Source: Octopus bimaculoides (lineage: Eukaryota). Taken from it: a DNA stretch of 64,000 bases. Every line of letters starts with the position of its first letter. Position 1 is the first letter of the stretch. The notes under the pieces are model-generated. The model was not told the DNA's origin. It worked only from the letters and a program-made list of their open reading frames with translations, and ran no database searches. Shown here one piece after another: positions 1-12,600 of this stretch. The translations under genes were made by a program, and so were the position numbers. The stretch spans positions 78,239,498 to 78,303,497 of the forward strand of contig NC_068990.1 of assembly GCF_001194135.2 (NCBI RefSeq), in the 5' to 3' direction.

Positions 1-67
<67 letters not shown>

Positions 68-93
68 TTATTTATTTATTTATTTATTTATTT
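1..93. repeat. (TA)n then (TTTA)n microsatellite
   Basis: Directly visible. Confidence 0.98.
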
Positions 94-142
94 CAAGCAG
101 ACACACAGTCACTGATTCTGCAACAAGCAAAAATGTTAGTTA

Positions 143-474
143 TAAAATCTCCCTAAGAGATCAACGCAGTAGTTGTACTGACAAGTAATAATTGTAGCCA
201 CCTTAACATGGATTCTACTGCGGTTTTTTAACCCCAAGAAGACATCTCCTCTAACTGGTTAACGATGCACGGCTGCATCTGATAAAATTGCAAGCAGGGG
301 AGTGAACACCTACCACCTCCTAGTGATGGGACCGCAGCTGTGCATTATTAACCGGCTAGAGGAGATGTTCTCTTGCGGTGCAGTATAGTCTGCTCGAATG
401 GGCAGCCATGTTAAGGTGGCTACAGATATTACTTCTCGGTACAACTACTGTGTTGATCTCTTAGAGAGATTTTA
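143..474. mobile_element. Fold-back MITE-like element
   Basis: 69-bp terminal inverted repeats 143-211 / 406-474 plus inner inverted arms 236-276 / 334-374. Confidence 0.85.
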
Positions 475-2009
475 GGAATAGGTTTTGAGTTTTGTGATAA
501 ATGAGCCATTGTTTTTAATAGTTAAACAATCTTGTTCGACATTGCCTGTTACTCTTAAAAGTATGTGTATGTATATAAATATATATAAACTGCGGTTTAA
601 ACAATAAATTACCTGCCTCTGGATACCTTCTAACGAAGACGGTACCCACACAATTAATTTCCAGGAGTGCCTTCGGATTTAAATATCCCCTGGTTGCTTA
701 GATACTTCAGACTACCCCTGAAATATTGAAGCAATCCTATCATTTACCTATATAAATATATATATTTATAAAATCATCATTTTACATCTGTTTGGTATCC
801 ATGATAACATGGGTCGGACAGTTTGATGGGATTCGGTGGGTTAGAGTATTATGCCCTGCTCTAATATTTCATTTTTCTTCTGGTTTCTGTGGCTGGGGTG
901 AACTTCCTTACATCAACCACTTCACAGAGTATAACAGGAATAGCTTCTTTTTTCTTTTTATGGTACCAGCACTATAGAGGTCAACTTAAGGAAACTACTG
1001 GATATTTTTTGTGGCACCAGCACTGTTTAGGTCACCCGGCAATGTGAAAAAAGATTCCTCAAGATGCAAGGAAAAGATTTATTGTGAGAGGATGGTACTG
1101 GAGAGAATAACAGAAGGAACTGTGTAAAGTATAAGACTAATGGAGGTAGTGGAGAGGGAAAGAGTAATGTTAGACATTAGTGTGAAGGAGACAAAATGGT
1201 TATAGAATGGGTTGAGTAATGCGAACCCAGTCTGTCTGCCCATACCAGTATAGGTTGACAGAGTGTGATAGGGGAAAGACTAACAAAGACAGTATTAGAT
1301 AAAGTGGTTACTGAGAGAGTGAGAGGATAGTGGTGATGGGGGATGTACTACACTGTTACACATGGGTGAGTAATGGGAGGGAAAGGTAAAGGATTAGAGT
1401 GAGGGAGTCAGAATAATAATAATGGAGGAGATGCAGTGCTACCTTGCATTATATATGAATAGTTAGAGTGGTTCATGGAGGAAAGATTAGGTGATAAAAT
1501 GGGGCTGTGGCATATCTTCAAGATAACATTTCCAAGAGATCATGGTGACTGAAAAATCAGTGATGGTGGGTAAAAGTTGCCAGAGTGCAACCCCTCCCTA
1601 TTCAAGCATCATGACATAAGAGGAAGGAGGGGAGCAGGATATATGTAGTGGAGGTATGGGGAAGGGGGAAATATTCAATATGCAAAAAGGGGATAATTTC
1701 CTTTCAGTTATTGGTAGCACGGCACAGTGAGTAGAAGAGATAAGTGGATACAGAATAGATCCAAATTGTTAGGAGAATAGATGGTGATGGGATGTAAAAT
1801 GGGCAGCAGACAGTGTGTGCATGTACAAAATCATAGGGAAATGGTGTATGCATTAAATTGTACTGGATCTTGAACCTTTCAACAGTATCATGAATCATCA
1901 GTTGAATCCATCATTTATCATTTTCATTAGCTATAACATCTTGGCATAATTTTTCACATTTTCCTCCCAAGTCTCCCATTCACATCACCCATACAAGTGC
2001 AGTCTCTTT

Positions 2010-3240
2010 TTATGTACTATATCTGCTGCTTGTTTGCTTCTCATTTCATGCACACTAACATGGCACATGCTTGCCTCATTTCTTTCTAGTCTTTGCAAGT
2101 CCTTTGCATTTATAAGCCATTCTTGCTGCTATGTACAGTGTACTTTGCACACAAGCATCATATAATTTACCTTTCATCTTGAAAAGTAAGCTCTTTGTTG
2201 CCACTAGAGATAATAGTTCTTTAAACTATATCCTATGTTATCTTATTCTAGCTATCACATTTTCAAAACAGCCACCCCTGTTGCTAGTTTAGTCACCTAG
2301 ATAACAAAAGCAGTCTAAGCATTTGAGAGTATTCCCAAGTGCTTACTGTCCCAGTTCACATGAAATCTATCTTCTTGGTCAACCCATTTGTGATCCCACT
2401 ACACCTTTTGTGTGTCCATTGATTACACTGGGTACCTCATAGAATTTCTTCTGATTCCTTTCCTACAGGTGAAGCATAACCATTTCCCTGATGCCAGAAG
2501 GTACTTGATAAATTTTTTGTTTTCACTTAGTTTACTTTAAGGGCCTTCAGTTCTACATTCTGCTTCCATTTGTGGAATTTCTGCTCCAGTTCTTCTGAAT
2601 TTGCTATATAAGAGTTAAGTCATTAAAATATTAGTGTTCCTAAGGGCAGCCTGTCTTAAATACCTCTGGCATGGCTTGGAGGAGTATAATAAATTGGAAA
2701 GGACCGAGAACTGAGTCCTTGATGTGCTTCCACCAACATACTAAATTCACCACTGTACTGTTTTGCTGATTTTCATCTTGCTGACTGCCCTTTGTATATA
2801 ACTGGTATGGTCCTCAGAAATCGTTCATCTATTCACAGTTTCCTAAGTGATCACTAAATTATAGTATGAGGGACCTTGTTAAAGGCCTTCCATAGATTGA
2901 CAAACACTAGGTATAGGGGTTTATTCAGTCATACATTTCTCTTGCAGTTGTCTCATAACTTTGCATTAGTAACACCTCTTCCTAGAAAAATGCCAACTTG
3001 CCTTTCATCTAAATATATCTTATCCTTACCCAGTTTTGCAATAACCCCTTCTGTAACTTCCACAGCCTTCTCCAACAATTTCATATTTCTTTTAGCAGCA
3101 TCTGTTATTTTGCTTGATTTGCGGCATTGGACTGTGACCTTGCTAGGGCACCATCCTGGAGGGTTATGTCAAATTGTTCCCAGTATTTATTTTACCAGTC
3201 CATTTTATTGAACCACTAAGTTACATATTCTTAAACAGTC
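2010..3240 (-). mobile_element. Highly degenerate RTE-clade LINE RT relic (approximate bounds)
   Basis: Minus-strand similarity to better-preserved RTE copies in this window; many stops. Confidence 0.65.
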
Positions 3241-3512
3241 CAATATTACTGCTGTCAGGCATAAACTAAAATACCATGCGCGCGCACACACACACACAAA
3301 GGGCTTCTACCCATTTTCTGGTCATTAAATTCACTGGAAAGGAACTGATCAAACTAGGATTGAATCTGATTTTGAAGTAATCGTCTCCACCATATAGCCA
3401 TTCCTGTTTCTTATAATGAATTTGTTTTTACAATCTGCCGTACATATATAAAATAAATTTTCATTATTACGTCAACAGTTATATAATATTGTTTTCATAT
3501 TTTTCACTTCAG

Positions 3513-3629
3513 GAGATCCATATCCACAATTTGTTAAACGAAAGCTACAACCAATATTCAAGACAGCTGAAAATATAGAGGAAGGACCAGTTCGTGTATC
3601 ATCCCCACCTAATCCACTTTTTGAAAACA
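3513..3629 (+). CDS. DNMT3: DNMT3 exon, linker upstream of ADD ([15 protein letters not shown]...PLFEN)
   Basis: ttcag acceptor and gtgaga donor; phase fits the next exon; little sequence conservation to rely on. Confidence 0.7.
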
Positions 3630-6600
3630 GTGAGATACAGTTTGCTTCTATCTGATAATTAGTAATGAAAACAGTAGGGATGTTGCCTTGAGGTTTGATG
3701 ATAACCAGTCTCCTCAGATCTCAAGAACCTTTCTTGCAGAATACAAGATAGTATTTTACTTCTTCAAGTGAACAATTCCAATATTCTTTTGTTTCTTCTG
3801 CAGTAGTTTGGCTGCTATGCCAAGTGCACCAGTTAGCAAGGAAAATATATTTTACCTTTTGTCTCGTTCAATCTCATCTGTGTGGTTAGGTCTGATATTT
3901 CTCAATTTCTTTTCTATCTACTCTATTCTCATATGTTATTGCCATGTCTGTGATCTTACATTGTTTTCTTTTTTTTTTGCTTGCCCTCTACAATCATATC
4001 TGGTTGCCTTGCCTTAATAGCATGATCAAGAATCCTATAATTATTATTCACCCTCACAATCTTTGGTCCATGTTCATACTACTTTTATGGCAACCACATA
4101 CTTGGCGGACATACCTATCCACCTTTTCCCGACATAGTCATGCCTGTGCTTTACTCATTTTGCGTTAGCTTATTTCATATTCACTTACGAGATGATTTAT
4201 GCTTTCGTCTTCTTTTTCACATTTAGCCTCTGATAGAATTTTAATAATTCTAGTCATTATCAAGTTAATGATTTCTAATTTTGGGTACAAAGTCTAAAAC
4301 TTTTGGGAGACAATTTAGTTGATTAAATCAACCTTAGTATTTAATAAGTACTTTATCTTATTGAGCCTGGAAGGATGAGAGGCAGAGTTGACACGAGTTG
4401 GATTTGAAGTTAATATGTAAAGAGTGGGAACAAATTTAGCAAGGTATTTTGTACAATGCTCTAATGATGCTGCTTCATTCAACTGCTCTAATAAAATATT
4501 TCTAAATTTATTGAAATATTTTGATTTCGACTTTTAACAGATGATCTCATAAATAAACTGAAGACTAATCAAGTAAAAATTCAAGGTGAGTCACTCATAT
4601 TATTTTTTTATTTTATTGTTAAATTTATTACCAGTAATATATTAATTTCAATAAAAGTTGTTATACTCTTTCATCATCATCATCATTTAGCATCTGTTGT
4701 CCACGCTGGCATGAGTTGGACGGTTTGACCAGGGCTGGAAAGCTGGAAGGCTGCACCAAACTCCAGTGTGATTTGGCATCGTTTCTATATCTGGATGCCC
4801 TTCCTAATGCCAACCACTCTGAGAGTTTAATGGGTGTTTTTACGTGCTACCAGCATGGGTGCCATTTGCACGACACCAGTATCTGCCACAACTGTGATTT
4901 TGCTTGGCTTGATGGGTCTTCTTCTCAAGCATGACATAATGACAAAGGTCTTGGTCCTTGTCTCCGTGAAGCCCAACACATGAAAGGAGCTTTTCATGTG
5001 TCACTGGCATCAGACATTTTGCCTCCATGGGACCCAATACTTGAAAGGTGCTTATTACATGCCACTGGTACAGGTGCCAGTTGCATGGCACCAGTATCTG
5101 CCACGACTGTGATTTCACTTGGCTTCATGAGTCTTCTCAAGCACAGCATATCGCCAAAGGTCTCAGATGCTAGTCGTTACTTTTGTGAGGTCCAAAGTTT
5201 GAAGATCATGCTTGACCACCCCCTACCATGTCTTCCTCTACCACAGATTCCCTCCACAGTTAGAGATCAGCACTTCTTTACATAGCTGTCCTCATCCATA
5301 TGCATCACATGACCAGCAAAGTAGTCTCTCTCTTGCTCACTACATCTGATGCCTCATATGCCTAACTTTTCTCTCAAGATGCTTACACTCTGTCGAATAT
5401 GCACACTGACATTGCACAGCCAGCAAAGCATGCTGGCTTCATTTCTTTCAATCCTAAGCATGTCCTTGGCTGTCACAGCCCATGTTTCACTGCTGTGTAG
5501 CATAGCTGTTTGCACACAGGCATCATACAATCTGCATTTCACTCTGAGGGAGAGACCCTTTTTTGTCAGCAGAAGTAGAAGCTCTCTGCACTTTGCCCAG
5601 CCTTATCCTCTTGGAACATCCACTCCGCTACTAACTTGGTCACCTAGTTGACGGAAGCTATCAATTACCTCTAGCCTACCCCACTGGCAGTTAATCGAGT
5701 CTATTTTCTGTATATATTCGGTGTTTATTGTATGTGCATCTTTTACACACAAAAGCTATTTTCCCTGTTAACCTTTCTCTGATATTGCTCCACCTCTTAC
5801 ATGTCCAAAGCTTACACCGGGTGTATCTTATGGAGTTTCCATCTATGCCTTAACTAAGGGATTTATGATTTGTCTGCCTTCCTACTTACTAAGACTTTGG
5901 TTTTTGCTAAGTTAACTCTAAGGCCCTTCAATTCTAGACCTTGCTTCCATACATGAAACTTCTCTAGTTGTGATTCGGCTGTAAGAACAAGGTCATTTGC
6001 ATAGAGGAGCTCTCGGGCAGCCTGTCCTAAATTCCTCTTTTATAGCCTGGAAGACTATGATGAGCAAGAGGGGGGGGGGTGAGGACCAATCCTTGGTGAA
6101 CCCTTACTTGTACCCTGAATTCTTTGCTGTACTCGTTGCTAACCCTCACTTTACAGGAAGCGTTCTTGTACATGGCTTGTACAGCTCTCCCTAGTTTCCG
6201 CATTGACCACCAGATAAGGGATCAGGGGACCCTGTCAAAAGCTTTCTCCAAGTCAACAAAAGCTAAGTACAGAGGTTTATCTTTGGCTAGGTATTTCTGC
6301 TGCAGCTGCCTTACCAGAAATATAGCATCACTGGTGCTTCTACCTGGCACAAAACCAAACTGCATCTCATCTAGACTAACTCTCTACCTAATTAATTGGG
6401 AAGAGGATGATCCAACAAACTGATACCTCTGTAATTATTTCTATCTAAGGCATCACCTTTACCTTTGTGGCAGTTGACTATGGTACTGCTACACCAGTTA
6501 TTGGGTATGACTCCTTCATGAACCACCTGATTTACAATATGGACTAGACCATAACCCACACCGCCAGATATTTTAAGCATCTCAGTGGTGATTCCTGATG

Positions 6601-9600
6601 GGCCGGGTGCTTTCCCTGTCTTTATATCCTTAATTGCTTTATCTACCAAGGTACTGTTGATTTGGATAGTTGGTCCCTTAACTGGGTCGACATTTGGCAG
6701 ACTCTCCTCACCCATTCATTCTCCACATTCAACAGTCTTTCATAATGGCATCTCCCAGCCTCTTTTATTGCAGATAAGGGTTTTAACATCTTAAACAGTG
6801 ATATGGCACAGCATCAAACGTTTCCTATATAGGAATAATATACAAGTGAAGCCTGCCAAATTACTACAAATATTATACCTCTGAATCTCAGGAAATCTGC
6901 CATCGGGATCTAACATATATAAGTTTACCAACGATATTTTTCTTAGATCACAATAACAAGGTCTCATCTTTGGATTCAGGGAACACTTTACTCTTCATCA
7001 TTTCTTGATCTAAAAATCTCACATGTGACCCACATTCAAGTACTGTTCACATATCTTGGATGGTACGGCTACTGCACACATTTACACGGACATCCTAGCT
7101 TACACTCAACATGTTAAATGTATGACTTCATGAGAAGATACAACTGAAACATAACTGAAAATGTTGTGGTTTATTCTTTCATAAGATATTTTGGTGGGTA
7201 GGGAACATAAAAGCAGGGCTTGTGTTAATGGTAGTAATTCAATTAAAATAGTTAATATCTTTCTCTCTTACAGTAGAAGCAAAACATATTGTTATGCTGT
7301 TCAGATAAAGAAAAGTGAACAGATAAAGAGGGAAGGAGTATTATGTTACAAGTGTCCTTAAACATTCAGTTGTTGGTGACATCACAGTGCTGTTGGTAGT
7401 GGTGGTAATAAATATGGCACAGTGTAAATAATATTGTCTTTTTTCCAGAAATCTGTATTGGCTGTAAGTCATCAGACAAAACGATTGTGGCACAGCATCC
7501 ATTGTTTGAAGGAGGACTCTGTGAGCAGTGCAAGGTAATTATTTTATATTTTTCACATGTATATGCCTGTGTATCCTCCTCTTTCTCATTTCATACTTCC
7601 TTTTCCATACTAGCATGGGTTGGACAGTTTCTTTGGGATAAAATTTTCGTGGCCTGATAACCTTCCTTTCACCAACTTTTGCTGCTTATTACAACAGACA
7701 GGGATGCAAAACACACATGTCAATACATATCATATACTTCCTCCCTAAGATCCTATCATTTCTACCTGTAACTGCCTGAAAAGAGTCATTGCCACTCAGC
7801 TCAATACCTTCCTCCTAGATTCGCAATACTAAACNNNNNNNNNNNNNNNNNNNNNNNNNNNNNNNNNNNNNNNNNNNNNNNNNNNNNNNNNNNNNNNNNN
7901 NNNNNNNNNNNNNNNNNNNNNNNNNNNNNNNNNNNNNNNNNNNNNNNNNNNNNNNNNNNNNNNNNNNNNNNNNNNNNNNNNNNNNNNNNNNNNNNNNNNN
8001 NNNNNNNNNNNNNNNNNNNNNNNNNNNNNNNNNNNNNNNNNNNNNNNNNNNNNNNNNNNNNNNNNNNNNNNNNNNNNNNNNNNNNNNNNNNNNNNNNNNN
8101 NNNNNNNNNNNNNNNNNNNNNNNNNNNNNNNNNNNNNNNNNNNNNNNNNNNNNNNNNNNNNNNNNNNNNNNNNNNNNNNNNNNNNNNNNNNNNNNNNNNN
8201 NNNNNNNNNNNNNNNNNNNNNNNNNNNNNNNNNNNNNNNNNNNNNNNNNNNNNNNNNNNNNNNNNNNNNNNNNCTCTACAACTATTATGTTGATAACTGT
8301 ATTGGTACCACTCCTCTCTCTCTTACGAATATTTAAACACTTTCATCTCATTTGCTAGCTCCTTCCAGTCCTCTCTCCATTTCAGATAATCTCCCTTAAT
8401 TTTATTTACTGTTTCTGTTTACCATCCCACCCTCTCCACTTTTATTTTATACGAACCCCTGACTCCTCCTCCTTCCTTGATTTTCCTCCTCTTCCCCCCC
8501 CCCACTGTCTTGTCACTGCTGAGGCACCCACTACACTCTCTGAGTGGTTGGCGTTAGGAAGGGCATCCAGCTGTAGAAGCTCTGCCAAATCAGATTGGAG
8601 CCTGGTGTAGCCATCTGGTTTCACCAGTCCTTAGTCAAATCGTCCGACCCATGCTAGCATGGAAAGCGGACATTAAACGACGATGATGATGATCCACCCC
8701 ACCTTTATTTAAACTACCCTTACACTCTGTTTGGAACCCTAACCCAGTGCATCTGTTTCCTTCACCTACCACCACCGTGTCACTCTGCCCTTGCATTGTA
8801 CTTCACCTTGTTTCTGCCCTTTCCCACTATTCTTTTCTTTGAGCTTTTATTCAATCTATGCAACCTCGTCGTCCACACTGCCTCCTTCCACGCACCAACC
8901 ACTTCTCTCAATTGCTGCACTTTCTACATTGAAGATTCTTTCGGATGCATTCCCAACAACCTCATACATGTGCACCGATGTTCTTGCAATTTAATGTAGA
9001 TTGGGCTGACTATGTGTCTTGCCTGTGAGGACTCTGGCTGAAGCTCCTCTCCACCTTGCCTCTTGAATACAGCATACATCAACACACCTCCGTTCAAGCA
9101 TATTCACTCTAATTTTTGTTGTTGCTTTGTTATATTAGATTACAATGTCACTAGTGTCTTTTGTATAATCATTTTTCTCTTCATTGTCACTTAAAGTAAG
9201 TTGAAACCAAAAACAAAAAAAAGATTATTTGGCTGTTTATAATCCCTTACCTAGGAAATGCTTTTGTGACATTAATCCTTATTATAATTGTTGTTATTCA
9301 TTTTCCAAAATTTTTCAGGAGAACATTTTGGAAACCATTTTTGCTCTTGATGTTGACAATACACATGTAAGTTAATATTTCAACAATTTTCTGTTAAAAG
9401 TGAAGATCTGTTGTATTGCATAGTTGTAAATTACTCAAGTTCATCTCATAATTCTTCTTGTGTGTTGAGCCTCAATATGAAGAGAACTGTGATAGGAAGG
9501 AAATTTGGCCGATCAAGTTTAGTGGCTCCCTTCAATATTTGTTGGTATTTCCTGGGGGATGAGAGAAGGGTGGAGGAGTCAGAGCAGGTTGATTTCTAAA

Positions 9601-12600
9601 GGTATCATATTAATATCTGATGCTTCTGTGTCAATAATAAAACTATAATAAGAAGCCAGATCTTTTATTTTTATTAAGTTGTAGATTTAAAATAATATTA
9701 ACTTGAGAAATGACAGTTCTAAAGCTGTCAAGAAGAAATAAAAGCATCACTGCCACAAGAATCAGCAAAAAATAAAAGGAGCAAATATTAACAACTTCAA
9801 GAAGTTGATGATGAAGTCAGTGTTTTTGCATGTTTCTATTCATTATGGTGTCTCTCAAATCCATGGAAATAAAATGGTATCAGGAACCAATGTATATTTG
9901 ATGATTTGACAAGTTGAAATGATAAGTAACTGGTTGAGTCTGAGCTGATGTTTTCTCATTACCTAAATTTTATTGGTACCTCCATGTTAGCCACTACCCC
10001 CCCCCCCTTCCTCAAATTCAGATATTCTATCACTGAAATGATGGGTTTGTAGCTTGGCATTATCACTTTATACTAAAGATGAGAGACTCTTGGCTGAAGG
10101 CAAAATTTTGCTCAGATTTTTATTTCCAACAACTTTCTGGTGACGTCTCTAACAATTCATCTGAAAAAAAAAAAAAAAAAAAAAAAAAAAAGAAAGGTTG
10201 AGCCTTTGGACCAAAACAATAATTTAATACAAATAACTTTTATAAATTTGTCAAATTAAAGATCCATTATTTTTCTTAGTACAGAAAAAATTTACTCTTG
10301 GTTCTAAAAAGTCACCCCCGCCTCTTCCTTATACCAACATCACAAATAAGTATATTGTTAAGTGAGGTATTTTTCAGCTGCTCTTATATTTCTTTAAAAC
10401 AAAAATATTTTTATTTTGTTAGTAGTGTTACATAACATTGGATGCCGGAACCTTAAATTTTTTTTGCTGTATTCCTACAATCTTGTAAAATCAAGTGAGT
10501 TTTAAGGGTAGTGAAAGGTGAAGTTCTGTACTGTTGTTGGCTGTTGATTTGTCTTCTGTTAGTTCAGCTTGAGAATACTCGATAAAAGCTTAGAAGCAAC
10601 TCACAAAGTTCAGCAGGTCAATCTACATGAACTTCAGCTTTTTAATATTAATGGGTTTCTATTGTTGGATATGTTTAAGACCTAGAACTTGTGGTTTCCA
10701 CTTTCACAAAGTGGAGAACATATGAAAATCTTTTGTGGAGCTAACGTGTTTAGGCAGTTAATATTTTGGGGATTTTTCTCTTAGATTCTATGATGTAAAG
10801 AATGTGAAAATAGTATCATATGTATTGTTAATTTTTTTTTTCAATTTGCTAAATATTTCTGAATTGTGAAACAATCTTATTTTGTATACTTTCAGGCTTT
10901 CTGTAGTATCTGCAGCCAAAGTGGTCAGCTGTGTATATGCAGTGTACCAGAGTGCAATAGGTAACATGCTTTTAGAAGTGCAAGAATGTGATTTTGTAAA
11001 TAAGCCAAAACACTAATCCTGTCAATTAGAAGATTACTATTTTTAAATCTCAGAGAGATATTCAGCAACAGTACTTTGGAGTAAAGATTGTTTGCCAACA
11101 TAACATGGCAGTCCTGGTTTAGGACGAATGTTGCTGTAATTTAGCCCCAGGAGACATCGTCTCCTGGGGCTAAATTAGAAGACATCGTATAGCTAAATTA
11201 GGAGACATCATATAGCCAGCTGGCTATACAATACGATCTGTGTCCTTATATTTTTGAACAAGAGAATTTAGCACACCCAGCGCTACCTCTAGCCAAATAA
11301 TTAATTCTGTGCTGATGAAGGGAAAAAACCTGGAAATCACAATAGACAGATATTGTTTTGAGCTGAGTTGGGGTACTAGATTCCCTTGTTTGAAAATATA
11401 AAGCCACAGATCATATTTGTATAGCCAGCTAGAGATGATGTATCCTGGGGCTAAATTACAGCAACATTCGTCCTAAACCAGGACTGCCATGTTATGTTGG
11501 TAAGCAATCTTTACGCTAATCCTGCTATTTCATGCCTTTATATACCAGTTGTACTAATCCTAGCATACTAGTTATAACACAATAGTTATGATATACTTAT
11601 TGTTTACAAGTTATATTTTTCTAATCATACAAAATTTTACATCAGTGTTTAATTGTGCTATAAAAAAGGTTATTAATCACCCAACTTTGTTGTAGAGTCT
11701 ACTGCATTAATTGTATCCAGAGTTGGGTTGGATGTGATGCATGGGATCTGGTAAGTTAATTCTTTCATAATCCATACAAATAAATGTGAATTTGTGTGTC
11801 CGTACATTGTTTCTTCTTTTTTCTAGACAAGAGACTTCCACTGAAATAGGAGTTCAACACACAATAGGAGTTCAGCACACAAAGAAAAAATTATACATAC
11901 TTATATCTATATTCTCCGAAATATAAAGTCTGTGCATGTGTCCACATGGATTACTACTCTTTCAAATGATATAGATTTGAAATTAGGATCATCTTGGGAG
12001 TGTTTCTATACTACTTTGGTCCACTAACCCACTGCAGAAATTGGGCCCTCTTTATGCCATCTTCAGTTCTTAGCACCAGCAAAATGTGAGTGAAAAGAAG
12101 CCACACTCATTGGAGAATTATTTAGCCTATTCAGAAATTGGGTGGTACACAAAATAATTAATATTTTTGGAACTCTCTTAACTTTTACAATAAAACACCT
12201 TTTGTGTTGGTTTGGATAAAATGCCTCTGACTAGCAATTTTGTTATTGATTAAATCCTTTCCCTCCAAACAAAATCCTTTGAACATGAAGTGATGTGCAT
12301 TTTCCTGATACTGAATCCTTTCTCCAAGCAGTAAATGTTCTTTTATACCACTTGTGAATGATAAAAATTCTTCATTGAAAATATATTAGTCAAGTTGTAT
12401 ATAGCAGTGTCATCTTAAACTGCTACAAAGATAAAGGAGGTGCCTTAGAGAATTCAAGCTGCTAAAGTCACAGATCAATTGTGCCATGACAGAGTTGACT
12501 TACATGAAATGCAGTTTGGTTTCATGCCTAGAAGAGGCACCACAGCTGCAATCTTTCTGTAAGGCTACTACTGGAAAAATATTTGGCTATGAATGGTTTT

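Noticed and set aside
1-3512. PWWP-encoding exons of DNMT3
   Set aside because: No PWWP-like translation found; the region is repeats and LINE relics, so the N-terminus is presumably upstream.
7261-7310. Strong-looking acceptor (ctctcttacag) 175 nt upstream of the ADD exon as a poison exon
   Set aside because: Stop after about 10 codons, no clear donor, and such sites are common in AT-rich introns.
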